A stretch of 64,000 nt of DNA from Octopus vulgaris (taxonomy: Eukaryota): contig OX597816.1 in assembly GCA_951406725.2 (NCBI GenBank), positions 168,826,001 through 168,890,000 of the forward strand, in the 5' to 3' direction. A model generated the notes under the pieces. That model was not told the origin of the DNA and ran no database searches. It saw only the letters and a program-made list of their open reading frames with translations. Positions 23,860-37,858 of the stretch are shown one piece after another; position 1 is the first letter of the stretch; every line of letters starts with the position of its first letter. Both the position numbers and the translations under genes were made by a program.

Positions 23860-26070
23860 TATTGAGAAAAAGGAGGTAGTCAGAATTTGGGATAATTCTT
23901 TATTAGCGCTTAATGGTAAAGTAATCAAGGTAGTCAGAGTCTGCGCCAGAATATTTAAGCTTAGATTAGTGCTGCAACATGGATTAGCAACCATTATCTT
24001 GGCTTATGCCCCTCAGCCAGGGCTACCTAATGAACAGAAAGACCGATTTTATGACACCTTCTTGCACATTACCTCGTTGACAAATGACAGGGACCTTCTC
24101 TTTGTGGCTGGCAACTTCAATGGGTATGTTGGACAACATGCAAGGGGCTTCCATGGCATAAATGTTCGCAATGGTTTTGGTTCCTTCAAATTACTAACTT
24201 CAGGAAACCTGTCAGAGATCTATTCACCTACTGGTCTGGTAGATCCATTAGTCAAATTGACTACATCCTCGTCAGGAAACAGGAGAGATGGCTACTTGTA
24301 AATGCCAAAACTTTCCCAGGTGAAGAAAGCACCCCACAACATAGATTAGTAGTTAATGACTTCAGGATCAGGGCTAAATGGATGCCCAGAAGATGACCAA
24401 CATGGAAAAGAAGGGTCTGGAAGCTTAAGGATCCTATGAATGGACAGAGATTTAGAGACGTATTACTCAAAGATTTTGACAAAATAGAGGAGGATCTAGC
24501 ATCACATGTTATGGAAGACAATTGGCAGTTCTTAAGGGACAACCTGTTGAGAGCTACTGACCAGATCTGTGAATGGTGCAAAGTCCCCTCTCGACCCAAG
24601 GTAACATGGTGGTGGAACAATGTAGTTGACAGGGCCATTAGGGAAAAGAAACAGTCTTGGAAGGACTGGAAAAATGGTGGTAGCAGGGAATTGTATCAGA
24701 CTGCCAGAAGGGAAGCTAGGAGACAGGTTTATTTAGACAGAAGGGAAGCAGATAAGAAAAAATTTGGGCAATGTTTTGCATCATGAGGAGCAAAGACTTG
24801 AAGTGTTTCATGTTGCAAGACAGTGTGTGAGAGAAAATCGTGATGTCATAGGAGAGTGTCCACATGGATGATGGCTAACTTGCATTTAATGAAGCTGCAA
24901 GAGAAAGAGAGAGACTCGGAGACACCACTATGAAAGGTTGCTGAATAAAGAGAATAAATGGGAGTAAGAGAGTCTGCCGAATGTCGACCCAACAGGGGGA
25001 CCAGCTATCCGAATTGACAGTACCTTGGTAGATAAAGCAACTGAGGGTATGAAGACAGGGAAAGCCCACAGCCCAGCAGAAATCACTGCAGAGATGCTTA
25101 AAATATCTAGCAGTGTCAGCTATAATCTGGTCACCTGTACAGTCAATCAGGTGATACATGACAGAATCATACACAATGTCTGGTGTAGCAGCACTATAGT
25201 CAACTGCTACAAAGGAAAAGGTGATGCTTTAGGTACAAATAATTACAGAGGTATACAGTTATTGGATCAGGTAATGAGAGTAACGGAGAGGGTCACAGCC
25301 CAACTAATTAGGAAGAGAGTCAGTTTAGATGCAGTGCAGTTTGGATTTGTGCCAGGGAAAAGCACCATTGATGCTATATTTCTGATAAGACAGCTGCAGG
25401 AGAAATACGTAGTGAAAGAAAAACCTCTGTACCTGACTTTAGGTGACATGGAGAAAGCTTTTGACAGGGTCCCCCGATCCCTTATCTGGTGGTCAATGCA
25501 GAAACTATGGATAGATGAGTGGGTAGTGAGAGCTGTATAGGCCATGTACAGGGATGCTGTCAGTAAGGTGAGAGTTGGCAATGAGTATAATGAAGAATTC
25601 CGAGTAGGGGTCAGCCAAGGATCTGTCATCAGCACCCTCTTATTCATCATAGTTCTGAAGTCAATAATAGAGGAATTCAAGACAAGATGCCCTTAGGAGC
25701 TCCTTTATGCTGATGACCTTGATCTAATAGCTGAGTCACTATCAGAACTAGGGGAGAAGTTTCTGATGTGAAGCAAGGTCTAGAATCGAAGTGCCTTAGA
25801 GTCAATCTAGTAAAAACCAGTCTTAATATGTATGAAGGCAGACAAATCACAAATCCCTTCAGGTAGATGGCCCTGCTTGATTTCTAGAAAAGGCGTGGGT
25901 AGAAATTCCATAAGATGTACCCGGTATAAGCCATGGACACATGAGAGGTTCAGCAATATCAAAGGAAAGCTAACTGGGAAGAAGTTTTTGTGCATGGCAA
26001 ATGCTCAGGGGCAATAAACACTGAAAATGTGCAGAAAACAGATTCCATCATATGTCAGGGAGAAAAACTA
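23860..26070 (+). mobile_element. RTE-clade LINE relic (APE endonuclease + RT)
   Basis: AYAPQ, GNFNGYVG, NYRGI, QFGF, DMEKAFDRVP, LLYADDL; many stops. Confidence 0.92.
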
Positions 26071-27030
26071 GGATAACATCATTATCATCATCAACTGGAA
26101 AGGTTAATGCAATTAATTTTTAAAAACTTTATAGCAATAGGAAAGTACTTGAATATAGGCTATCAAAAAATTATTTTTTGCTAGAAATGGTCCAGAATAT
26201 GAATAAAAGTTGTGGATGTATGCATCCTGTATGTGTAAATAGTGTGAAATTACACCTTCAATAAATTACTATACAAAGTTGAAGTATTTCTCATCTTTGA
26301 AAACAAATTCAATATTTGATCCAATGTTGCATACATATGGCCAATATCGTCAGTCAATAAAGATTATTTGAAGTTAAAAAGAAATTAAGTAGTTGTTTTT
26401 TTTTAAACATTTGTGGTGTTTATACTTTGCTACTGTTAAACGAGGCTATGTTAACTTTCCATTGCAGGTTGTTTTACTAGTTTTCCTCTCATAGAACATG
26501 CATACCAAGTAGTGATGCAATTACATATGGATGAGGGTTGCAATCAAAGAAGAGGATAGTGTGATGTCAAAGGCAGGTGACAACTGTTACAGGTCAATAA
26601 TGCAGAGTAAGTCCTCAGACACTTTGGTGAATAGAATAAAAGAGCTCTGCATCAATATGCAGTGATTGAATGAACTGATTGGTCGTTAGAAGTTTCTCTA
26701 AGTAAAGAATAAAAGAATTTGCTGATGTCAAGGGTAACAACTTTGCTTTATCAGAATGTTTTAAGAGTGATTAACCCATAATGTAGGAGAGATAATCGCC
26801 ATCGGATCTGGCGATACAGATACAGTAGTGTTCATTAGAAAGGGAAGACAGTTTTAAGTGGTAGAAGAGGCAATTACATGATTATTTTCATGGTATTACA
26901 TGAAGTGGTAGCTGACAGAGAGAGGTTATTTTCCTGTGTATGGAATGTAAGGAGTAAGTATTTCTATATCAAAAGTACTATTTTGAGAGAGAGAGAGAGA
27001 GGTTGAAATAATTTTAATATATAAGCTTAC

Positions 27031-27168
27031 CTTCAACAAATCACCAGCCATTGCTCTCTGTTCAGGATTTTTCACCAAACATTTTGACACAAAATCTATA
27101 AACTCAGGCGACCATTTATCAGGATTACGAAATGATGGCGGTGGTTTGGTAGGAATCATGAATATTGC
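27031..27168 (-). CDS. STK3: Hippo/MST exon (kinase subdomains X-XI)
   Basis: AIFMIPTKPPPSFRNPDKWSPEFIDFVSKCLVKNPEQRAMAGDLLK; aAG/GTAAGC. Confidence 0.97.
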
Positions 27169-27227
27169 CTTGATAAAACAAGAAACAATTTTGAAAATAT
27201 AATAAAACATGAGAACAAATATATTCT

Positions 27228-27632
27228 TTACTCTTTTACTTGTTTCAGTCATTTGACTGCGGTCATGCTGGAGCACCGCCTTTAGTCGAGCAAATCGACC
27301 CCGGGACTTATTCTTTGTAAGCCCAGTACTTATTCTATCGGTTTCTTTTGCCGAACCCCTAAGTAACGGGGACATAAACATACCAGCATCAGTTGTCAAG
27401 CAATGCTAGGGGGACAAACACACACACACAAACATGCACACACACACATATATATATATACATATATATGACGGGCTTCTTTCAGTTTCCGTCTACCAAA
27501 TCCACTCACAAGGCTTTGGTCAGCTCGAGGCTATAGTAGAAGACACTTGCTCAAGATGCCACGCAGTGGGACTGAACCTGGAACCATGTGGTTGGTAAGC
27601 AAGCTACTTACCACACAGCCGCTCCTGCGCCT
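27228..27632 (-). mobile_element. SINE family B, full length
   Basis: Family match from head to tail. Confidence 0.9.
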
Positions 27633-28244
27633 ATATGTTTTCAAAATATTCAGAAAGTTTCCAGAATCAAGTAACATGACGAGTTTTTTGCATCCAATTT
27701 TGTGATAAGCAACAAGGCAAAACTTCCACTAAACAATGAAAATACTACTGGTTATAGAAATAATTAAAATGCCGTTAATGTTCTTTAAGTTCACACGTCA
27801 AGTAAATATTTTGAAATTTTTCTTTTTCGTCATTTCTTTCCGAATAGTTCTTGATTCCAATTACATCTCGTGAAATGTGAAAATTATTTAAAAAAGAAAT
27901 TTTTTATGATTTTCATTTGTTTACAATTTTTGACAGTTTAATGATAATAAAATAACACATCTGTATATCATGAATAGGCGTTCAGTACAGTTTCAAATTA
28001 TCTTTCCTTAACGAGCACAAGATGCAAAAAATAACACATTCAGTGTTTAAATCACCAGAAACACTAATCTTATCTTCATAATCTAAAGTCACCGTTCTTA
28101 TGTTCCAGATCCCTCAACTTCTTAGAGAATATTTTGATCAGTTTGTATTCATGTACACATGATATACACAGTCAAGTATTATTTCAACAAATGCTATTTT
28201 AAATACCCTTAACACCACAATTTGTATTTCAACTTCAAACTTAC

Positions 28245-28306
28245 TCGCATGGGGTGAATATCTCCATAAGGTGGTTTCCCCTCAGCCATTTCCAAAGCAG
28301 TTATTC
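28245..28306 (-). CDS. STK3: Hippo/MST exon (subdomain IX)
   Basis: (G)ITALEMAEGKPPYGDIHPMR; tAG/GTAAGT. Confidence 0.97.
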
Positions 28307-28380
28307 CTACAAAGAATAAATATTTAACGTTGTTTAGACAATAGAAAAGAAACAAATAATATCTGAATGGTTTATAAATT

Positions 28381-28839
28381 AATTGCAGTGTGGAAGGTGT
28401 TTGTAAGCCATTTAACCCTTTTGGTACCATATTTCTGTTGAGATGCTCTGTGTTTCTTTAAATTAATTTTAAATATAACACAGAATTTAGTAAAATAACT
28501 TAGTTATCATTAAGCTAGTGTTAGGAACATAAATTGTAACTAAGGTTTGGTGGAAGATTTCAATTCAAAACTTTTAAAAACAAGACATTTGTACTCATTG
28601 CCAGAGCTGGTTTCAGCCGGGTTGGTAACAAAAGGGTTAAGAAACACACAAAAGCCGTTTGATTCACTTCAACATTTAAGTTTAATTTGTCAAAATATTT
28701 TTGTCGCTTTAAGACCACAACCTGTTCACTGACAAAAGCGCCGAAAATATTTTGACAAATTAAACTTAAATGTTGAAGGGAATCGAACGGCTTTTGTGTG
28801 TTTCCTAAATGGCTTACAAACACCTTCCACGCTGCAATT
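28381..28839. mobile_element. Palindromic element (about 95-bp arms) with a nested piggyBac-type MITE at 28416-28636
   Basis: AATTGCAGTGTGGAAGGTG...CACCTTCCACGCTGCAATT; insert has TTAA TSD and CCC/GGG ends. Confidence 0.88.
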
Positions 28840-29179
28840 GTTTTCGTTTCAGTACAGGATCTCAGATCAAATCACTTGCTATGCAAGTACATCTCCGGTT
28901 TATAAATTACACAAAAACAACTTTATATGAATTTATTGTGATGATAAAAAATTACTTGAGAATTTATAATTTCATATTATTTAATTTGTTTAATTTTTTT
29001 CAGCATTAAAATGCTAAAAAAGAAGTCTAATAGATGAAAAAGAATTCTATAGAAATAAAACTGTATATAACAAGAGCTTGAAATTGTTTCAAAGTATGTC
29101 CTTGTGCTCAACAACCACAGCAGTCATATCAAGTGTTCACTGAAACTGAGATAATGAGTTAACGATAAAAGATTAATTA

Positions 29180-29347
<168 letters not shown>

Positions 29348-29454
29348 CTAGTTTAGTTTAAACAGCTATGACTTTTTGTTACTTTTATATTATCTACTGA
29401 AGTTAACAGAAATTAAGAGGGTGGGCAGAAATATTCATAGGCTGACTTATTACC

Positions 29455-29977
29455 CAGGAAATCCTGGGACGAAGTGGTGAAGCATGACCTTCGAACTTTA
29501 GGTCTCACCGTGGAAATGACTAGAGACCGAGACCTTTGGAAGTATGCTGTGCGTGAGAAGACCCGGCAGGACAAGTGAGACCATAACCCGTGGCCTCTAC
29601 CTGGGATGTAGCCAGTCCACTTAAGCATACCTTTCCTTCTTGGGACACAAAAATCTACTTGAGGCAAGTGAAAATCAAAATCAAAATCAGAATTGAAATC
29701 GATCAACATCAATGGAACTGCAGCTGTGATACCAGCTGTGGCACGTAAAAAGCAACATCCAATCGTGGCCGTTTGCCAGCCTCGTCTGGCACCTGTGCTG
29801 GTGGCACGTAAAAGCACCCACTACACTCACGGAGTGGTTGGCTTTAGGAAGGACATCCAGCCGTAGAAACATTGCCAGATCAGACTGGGCCTGGTGCAGC
29901 CTTCTGGCTTCCCAGACCCCAGTTGAACCGTCCAACCCATGCTAGCATGGAAAGTGGATGATAAACGATGATAATGA
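29455..29977 (+). mobile_element. 5'-truncated RTE LINE: ORF C-terminus plus 3' UTR
   Basis: KSWDEVVKHDLRTLGLTVEMTRDRDLWKYAVREKTRQDK* then UTR ending in GAT repeats. Confidence 0.88.
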
Positions 29978-30000
29978 CTATGAAAGAGTGATGCTAGAGT

Positions 30001-31070
30001 TCATTAGTACATCGTCCTTTCCCTAAATTACTATTATTAGTTACCCTATTGTTGACCTTATTTATTATACATTTAATATACCCCTATTTATAGAGGCTAT
30101 TGCCCAGTACAAAAATATTACATTATTTTTGTACTCAGCAATGCCCAATTTAGGAATAATAATAGCTTCTATAAATAGGGGTAAAATTAAACATATAATG
30201 AATAAGGTCAACAATAGGGTAACTAACAATGAAAATTTAGGGAAAGGACTAAGTACTAATGAAATTAAGGATATAGCTAAAAACAAGAAACAGATTGGGT
30301 TTATTTACATTTGTGAAGAAAAAAGATACCCTTCCCCCACCCCTAACCCTAACTAACCCAATCTGTTTCTTAAAAGAGGGACATATTCATTATGCACAGA
30401 ATGTTATTTACCTAAATGGACGTCAGCGATTGGTTAAAATTGCCAAAATGCTCAAAATATCTTACAACCTATAGAATTTTCTCAATAAAGCCAAGCGAAA
30501 ATGATGTTTTATAAACACATTCTACCAGTATACGAAGTTTAAAACTTTTTAGTTACCTAGAAATTATGTTAAAAACTGCCGTTCAAAAGGAAAAGATCCC
30601 TAGCTCAATGTAATAAATAATAATAAACAAACTTTAATGAATTTAAAACCAGGTACCACATCCCAATCTAATGATATTAATAATGCTGGCAATATAAAAA
30701 AGAACATTAACAGTAGGTTGCCACTGAATAAAATTTGTAACTGCAGAGCCTTCAAAACCTGTCCGCTTGCAGGATCACATCTTTAATACAATGTATATAA
30801 ATGTATAGTTAGCGCACCCAATAGACAAAACAAGATATATATAGGTAGTACAATAGATTTCAAAAGGAGATATAGGGCTCATCTGAATTCCTTTCCAAAC
30901 CCTAAGTATAAGAATTCCACCACCTTAGTGGCATATATAAATAAACTTAGGGATAGTAACTTGCCTTATGACCTGACATGGTCCATAATTGTGAGGGCTC
31001 CCCCATATGCTGATGGTTCTGATAGGTGTACATTGTGTGTAAGGGGATCGTATCTAATCCTTAAATTATA
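30001..31070 (+). mobile_element. Penelope-like GIY-YIG relic with 5' inverted duplication and an inserted MITE remnant (about 30285-30599)
   Basis: CNCRAFKTCPL..VYKC..KIYIGST..FKRRYRAHLNSF..WSII..APPY..CTLC; 30001-30100 inverted at 30161-30263. Confidence 0.85.
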
Positions 31071-31074
31071 CAAC

Positions 31075-31277
31075 GTTGGCCGTCTGCCACCTGTGCGGGT
31101 GGCACGTAAAAAGCACCCACTAAACTCACGGAGTGGTTGGCGTTAGGAAGGGCATCCAGCCGTAGAAACACTGCCAGATCAGACTGGACCTGATGCAGCC
31201 TTCTGGCTTCACAGACCCCAGTTGAACCGTCCAACCCATGCTAGCATGGAAAGCGGACGCTAAATGATGATGATGAT
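31075..31277 (+). mobile_element. RTE 3' UTR fragment
   Basis: Family match with (GAT)n tail. Confidence 0.85.
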
Positions 31278-32039
31278 ATGTTAAATAAGTTTTCAGACAC
31301 AATCCCCTCCTGTAGCCATATATTTCACTCTACATTTCTAAAAACCCTATAAAATTAGATCTACTAGGAAATTGAATTAGAATAATGTTTGTAGTTACAG
31401 TTACGATTCCCCAGTATTTGCATTCTTCCACTCATAGCAAACATGTGATCATTTGCTTACAAGCTGTAAAACATTTTATTAGGAACTCTTGATTCTGTTT
31501 TATCAGTATGACGCCCACCATTCTTTCTCGTGAGTTGTTTTATTGTGATACTGATTGTTTTATTTTGAACACTTTGTAGATGCCTTGTTTTATTTGTTAT
31601 ACTGCCTTGCGACAATTGTTAAATTTATTGTTGGTTTCACTGTTTACATGGAAGTATTTGTTTTTTATTCCCCTGTGTGGCGATAAGCAAATTGAAAATG
31701 TTGAAAATATTATGTTGGAAACAGAAGACAATTCAAGTGCGACAGAAGGTTCACCGATGACTTCTCAGGAAGAATTCCCAAGTCTCCCGGTTTGGGACTC
31801 CAAAAAACAGAGAGTATTGTAGCGAAAAGAATCACAGACATACCATGTCTACAAAAAGAAAATAACAAGAAAAAAAGTTTTGCATCAGCAGCCGGGAATA
31901 GAACCCGACAACTCACAACAGAAAAAGAAGGGCTCCAAAAGAATAAAACAATGCTACAAAAAGAAGGAAACACAGTGAAAGTGGAAACCCCAGAAAAATT
32001 GCTAAAAGGAAGAAAAAAGAAATTAAAAGGCATTCTGTG

Positions 32040-32600
32040 ATTATGGCTTTGAAGGCTATGCATGGTCATTTATAAATTTCTCGTTTTCTGAAAGTTAAAG
32101 ATCTGTCCACAAGATTTGGTGTGAAACAGAGAAAGAAGATGGAAGCATATTACCTGCATCAAAACCTACAATACATTCCAAATGCTCCAATTGTATCAGG
32201 ACACCTGAATTTAATCAGGAAGTCAAGCAAAACTTTGAAGACAATCTAGGAAAACCAATGAGGTCAATTGCAAAAAGGTTTCCTGTGTCAGAAAAAACAA
32301 TCAGAGATGTTGTGCATGAAGACATCAGATACAAATCTTACATGATGAGGAGAGGTTAATTCATGTCAGAAAAAAAAAAAAGAAAACCGTTTAATCAGAT
32401 CCAAAAGACTTCTGAACAAACTTAAAAATCCATCAGAAGATGGAATGATTTGATTTTTCTTAAATAAGAAAAACTTTGACCAGGACCAGAAAACTAACAG
32501 AAGAAATGACAGATGGCTACGTGCAGACCCTTCGAAGGTTCCAAGAGTAATGCACACAAAATTTCCTGCAAGTGTCTTGGTTTTGGGTGTTGTTAGCCAC
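32040..32600 (+). mobile_element. Tc1/mariner-superfamily (maT-like) transposase relic
   Basis: MRSIAK..VSEKTIR.VVHEDIRYKSY, RSKRLLNKLK, NRRNDRW, TKFPASVLVLGVVS. Confidence 0.75.
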
Positions 32601-32814
32601 TTGCTGCGTACATTGAGGTTCTAGATATATAACATTATAATGACCAACCACATACGTATAAGTGATAGAAACACACACCACATATACACTCTCCTAGTGT
32701 GATTTGAGAGTTTACTGTTTTACACAATAAAAAAAAATATTAGGAAAAACCTCATAAAATATTAAAAGTTGTGTGTGTGTGATTTTTTTTTTGTGTGTAA
32801 GGAAACATACTTAC

Positions 32815-32979
32815 AGTTAACTGACCAGCAACACCAAAATCAGCAAGTTTAGCTTGGCCTTCATTGTTTAATAGTATATTTCCAGCTTTAATATCTCTGT
32901 GTATTTTTCGTCTTGAATGTAGGTAATCCAATCCTTTTAATGTGTATGATAATATTGTGGCAATTTCGAGTTCATTCAA
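32815..32979 (-). CDS. STK3: Hippo/MST exon (catalytic loop and DFG)
   Basis: [55 protein letters not shown]. Confidence 0.98.
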
Positions 32980-33552
32980 CTAAGGAAAAGTAAAACACAT
33001 TTACATCAATTAATTTTTTTTAATAAACTACCTCTGACTGAAGTTAATATATTACACAAAATATAAACTGGAAAAAAAAAAGAAAGGAAATGAGATCTAA
33101 ATAAAATCTAAGGTCAACTTTAGGGTTTACATAAATGTCTATCCCTACAAGCACACATACATGGTTCGTACATCTCTCCTCCACATGCACACACAAATAC
33201 ACTGCATAATGCAGGTTTTGTTGTTTAGGCCTCTGAAAGAAAATGTGCAGCTAAAATCTAAACTAAGTGCAAGAGTAAATTATTAAAATTATCCCTCTAA
33301 TTTTTCAGACTAACTAAACTATTGAGGCGTCAACAGAATTTACAGCTTATATAAAGACTTCATCACACAGAACATAACAATGATTGATATAGAGACTTCA
33401 GATGCTTTCAAAAACTAGATTTATTTTCAACCATTATTTCATTTTAAAATACTGTTTTACTCTACCTTTAGTATTCAAGTAATACTTTCCCCTCCTTTAT
33501 TCACACTTATGTGTGTGTTTGTGTGTGTGTATGGTAAATGAAAGACAGAATA

Positions 33553-34865
33553 TGGGAGATACAAGAATTTTTATTAATCACTACTACTGTTTCAATACAT
33601 CTAGTATTGATCTCTAATGGGTGGGTTACTTAACAACAGGTTCAGGAGCATCCGATTGTGCAGATGTATCTCTTCACATGATAGATAGATATAACTTGTT
33701 AAAATAGCAGTTCCACAATGCATCTTCTCATTTCATTTGCTGGATCTAGCAAACATACACATCTGAATACCAGTGAAGGAGATGTAAATCACAATGAAAA
33801 GCACTAGATATGGCCAAATTGTGACAGTAGAAATGATTGTGATATAGCTAATACGGTAACAACATCGGAAAATGAAATCAGAACTGCCATATATACAAAT
33901 AAATATAATAAATGTTCATGCAGAGAAAAATCAAAATGCCCATTGATGAAGCTCTGTATGAGTACAAATCTTGTATATAAATGTACTGTGCACAGAAGGG
34001 GCGGGCCATATGTTTACATTGGGCAAACAGTTGATTTATTTTAGAATTGTTATCGCAACCATGTCACCAGCTTCAAAAGTATCAATAAGAGACATTCAAC
34101 ATCTTTTACTGATTTTGTGTGGGGATTGAAGATGAAATTAAGTATAACATAATTTGGTCCATAGTAAGGCATGCAAAACCATATAATATCATTTCCAGGA
34201 GATGCTGACTCAGCTCTGAGGAATCTCTGTCTTTCTGTGGATCACTGAGAAGATCATTAATAGAATTTCTGAAACTCTCTCAAGAGACCTACATGCATAT
34301 AAATGTACTTTCACGCAATGCAATGGGAATGAATTTGAGTAACTGTTAACATAATTTTCTTTAAGGTATGGATGAATTACGTTTAGCTTTAACCTCCCCA
34401 TTCTTATAAATGCCAAGCAACTATTTAACTTGCTATGTGAACATTGTGCACCAAACCACATGTGTGTGTGTGTATGCTCACATCTTCGTGGATGCTTGTA
34501 TGAGTGAGTGTACATGGACCATGCAGCTTGTGCAAGGGTGTTTATACATCCATATCTGTTAACGGTTATTTTTAATATGTTTCTTGCTGTATTGCATGTT
34601 CGTTTCTTTTTTGCATCTGTTATTTTATTATCGATCTATACAAACAAAGATACATCCTTTAATTTGCTGCTTTTCGTTACATGAAATACGAAAATACATT
34701 GCAGAACTGCTTATTTTAATGAGATATCTATTTATCACTTGAAGAGACACATCTACACCGTCAGATGCTTTTGAACCAGTTGTTAAGAATCCTACTCATG
34801 AGGGATCAATGGTAAAGGTGTCGAAACAATTGTAGTGATTAATAAAAATTCTCATATCTTCCATC
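33553..34865 (+). mobile_element. Penelope-like element with inverted hammerhead-bearing terminal repeats and a GIY-YIG relic
   Basis: About 150-bp inverted ends; internal KCSCREKSKCPL..LVYKC..YVYIGQT..HVTSF (about 33910-34130). Confidence 0.85.
34734..34839 (+). ncRNA. Type I hammerhead ribozyme motif (C3U); inverted partner at 33577-33682
   Basis: AUCAC-UUGAAGA-GACAC...GUGUC-GAAA-CAAUUG-UA-GUGAU. Confidence 0.75.
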
Positions 34866-35043
34866 TTCCATATACATAACAAACACTGAAAGTGACCATG
34901 CTTTACCAGAAAGCTACCAGGTATAAACATTTATTTTATTTTAATATATATATATGGAATATTATTGTGTTTGTTAATGTATAGTGATATATATTGTTTA
35001 TATTGTATTATTGTGTATATATATATGTGTAGAATTATGAGTG

Positions 35044-35088
<45 letters not shown>

Positions 35089-35212
35089 AAAGTAAGATAG
35101 GGTAATATATTATGTTATGTTTTGCTGTTGTGTAATGGTTTAATAAAGTATTGATTGGGTATTATCTGATGGTTGATGATTGATTTAGGTATGTTTCTCC
35201 ATTTTCTCATTT

Positions 35213-35263
<51 letters not shown>

Positions 35264-35668
35264 TAAGATAACCCACAATGGGATATCAGTTATCCAATAC
35301 ACTGCTGGAGAAGCACCTAAATACTAAATACATAAATGCTTATAATTGCAATGCAATTAATTCATTTATTGTATTGGATGGGTGAAGGTAAAGGAATATT
35401 TTACCATAAATTCATAATACAAATAAGAAAATGGAGGAACAAATTCATTCCGATCATCAACTTACAGATATTACCATTTCATATTATTTATTAACTATAT
35501 AAATAGGAACATCCAAATCGAACAAAACAATATACATCAATATGCAAATTATATATATATATATGCACACATATAAACCACTCTAAATTACAGAACAGAG
35601 CTAATGCACCACAACTTCTTTACGATTATAATAGGAAATCTCCAAATGAGATAAAGTAAAACACTTAC

Positions 35669-35731
35669 AGTTTTGTTCCGTAACCGCATTATGTCAGAAA
35701 CAGAACCAGCACCACAATATTCCATGACAAT
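35669..35731 (-). CDS. STK3: Hippo/MST exon (hinge)
   Basis: IVMEYCGAGSVSDIMRLRNKT; cAG/GTAAGT. Confidence 0.97.
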
Positions 35732-35809
35732 CTGCAAAAAATAATGCTTTTAATTATTTTCTTGCTTAAGTAAAATAGTCATATATTTCATGAAAATAAT
35801 AAATAAATA

Positions 35810-36065
35810 AATAAATGCACCCTTTTTAAAGCCTAGCCAGGCTAATGGGGCCTGATTTCCCAGTTTCAATGGCATATGTGTTCCCCAGCTGGATGGGACG
35901 CCAGTCCATCACAGCGTCACTCATTTTTGCCAGCTGAGTGGACTGGAGCAATGTGAAATGAAGTGTTTTGCTCAAGGACACAACACGTTGCCCAGTCCAG
36001 GAATCAAAACCACAATCTTACGATCACAATGCTGACACCCTAACCACTAAGCCACGTGCCTCCAC
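35810..36065 (-). mobile_element. tRNA-derived SINE with a Meta/V-like core
   Basis: GGAGGCACGTGGCTTAGTGGTTAG head; GTGTTGTGTCCTTGAGCAAAACACTT core; AT-rich tail. Confidence 0.8.
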
Positions 36066-36628
36066 CATATATTTCATTCGGCCAATCAAACTGATACTGA
36101 AATAGGGAGAATATGTAGATACTTTATAAGTAAATATCTCTGCATAGTTCACTTTTGTATCATGAATATATTGGCAGAAAAATAGTAATCAGGGATTCTG
36201 AGAAAGTTCCTAACCTTCTATAAAATGAGTGATTTATCTCTTATCTGCACACTGAAGAAATGGGCAGTGGCCTTAGGAAGCCCTGTATTTAATAAGTTTA
36301 ACTGTAAGCATAAAGTTCTTCACTTTCTTTGTCATGGCTCCACCTACTAAGAAGCTGTTGCACCAATTTCTGCTTCATCTAACTGCAATATACAAGAACC
36401 ACATGACATAACATAGACAACCGTGTGGTTTTGAATTTACTCTGGATCTTCTCTCTTCAGGTTTTAACTGCTAAGAATTCTTTCACTACCATAAAATGGA
36501 GTAGAAATACACATCAGTTTGAGTACCTCTAAGCTCAAATATTTTCCACCCATGAGTAACTATTTCAATGTCTGTCAAATTACCTTTTGTTTAGTAGGTA
36601 ATTTCAGTTAAATAGATGAACACAAAAA

Positions 36629-37424
36629 GGATCTTTTCGGTTTGAATAGCAGTTTTTAACATAATTTCTAGGTAAGTAAAAAATTTTAAACTTCATATAC
36701 TGGTAGAATGTGTTTATAAAACATCTTTTTCTCTTGGCTTTGAGAAAATTCTGTAGTTTGTAACATATTTTGTCTAATTTCTCGCATTTCGGCAATTTTA
36801 ACCAATCAATTACGTCCAATGAGGTAAACAACATTCTGTGCCGTATGAACAAGTCCCTCGTTTAAGAAACAGATTGGGTTTATTTACATTTGTGAAGAAA
36901 AAAGATACCCTTCCCCACCCCTAACCAACCCTAAATCTAAAATAGATTGAAATGCAATAGATCGATTCTAGGATCATAATTATGGGTGACAATTTCATAT
37001 GACACTGCTAGAAAAAACTGCCATTTTCTCTAGCGGTGTCATATGAAATCGTCACCCATAATTATGACCCTAGTATCAATCTATTGCATTTCAATCTATT
37101 TTAGATTTACGGTTAGTTAGGGTTAGGGTGGGGGAAGGGTATCTTTTTTTCTTCACAAATGTAAATAAACCCAATCTGTTTCTTAAACGAGGGACATATT
37201 CATGCAGCACAGAATGCTTTCACCTCACTAGACTGTCATTGATTGGTTAAAATTGCTGAAATGCAAGAAATTAAAGACGAAATATGTTATAATCTATAGA
37301 ATTTTCTCAATAAAGCCAAGAGAAAATGATGTTTTATAAACACATTCTACCAGTATATGAAGTTTAACATTTTTTAGTTACCTAGAAATTATGTTAAAAA
37401 CTGCCGTTCAAACCGAAAAGATCC
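36629..37424. mobile_element. Near-fully palindromic 796-bp MITE with GGATC termini
   Basis: About 390-bp arms meeting near 37020; exact 8-bp TSD CACAAAAA (36621-36628, 37425-37432). Confidence 0.93.
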
Positions 37425-37677
37425 CACAAAAATATGCTGAAGCACAGAAAAAAAACAAATCTTTTTTAGAATTGAAAAAAAAAAAAAAAAAAAAAAAAAT
37501 ACAATCCAAAGACTTGGTCATCAAAAGATTCAAGATATCATTTTTCAGTGATTCTTCTGCAAGACTAACTATAAATGATATTTTTTATCTTTATAACAGT
37601 TTGAAAAGAAAATAAAGAGAGAAAAATAGCTCTGGTAAAGCTTCTTTTTGCTTGAAAAAATAAAGAGAAATACAAAC

Positions 37678-37858
37678 CAGAAGATCTGTGTTCTTGAAGT
37701 AGCTACCATAATACTTCACAATGAATTGACTATCACACTGTTGCATTATGGATATCTCTTTTATAATTTCTTGAAGGTCTGTGTCCACAGGTACTTTTTT
37801 AATGGCCAATACAGACCCAGATTCCTTGTGTAAAGCCTTGTACACACTGCCATAGGAC
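37678..37858 (-). CDS. STK3: Hippo/MST exon (subdomains I-IV)
   Basis: SYGSVYKALHKESGSVLAIKKVPVDTDLQEIIKEISIMQQCDSQFIVKYYGSYFKNTDLL; phase 2-0. Confidence 0.97.

Noticed and set aside
31580-32040. Short Lys/Glu-rich ORFs
   Set aside because: No recognisable motif or splice context; probably transposon-derived.
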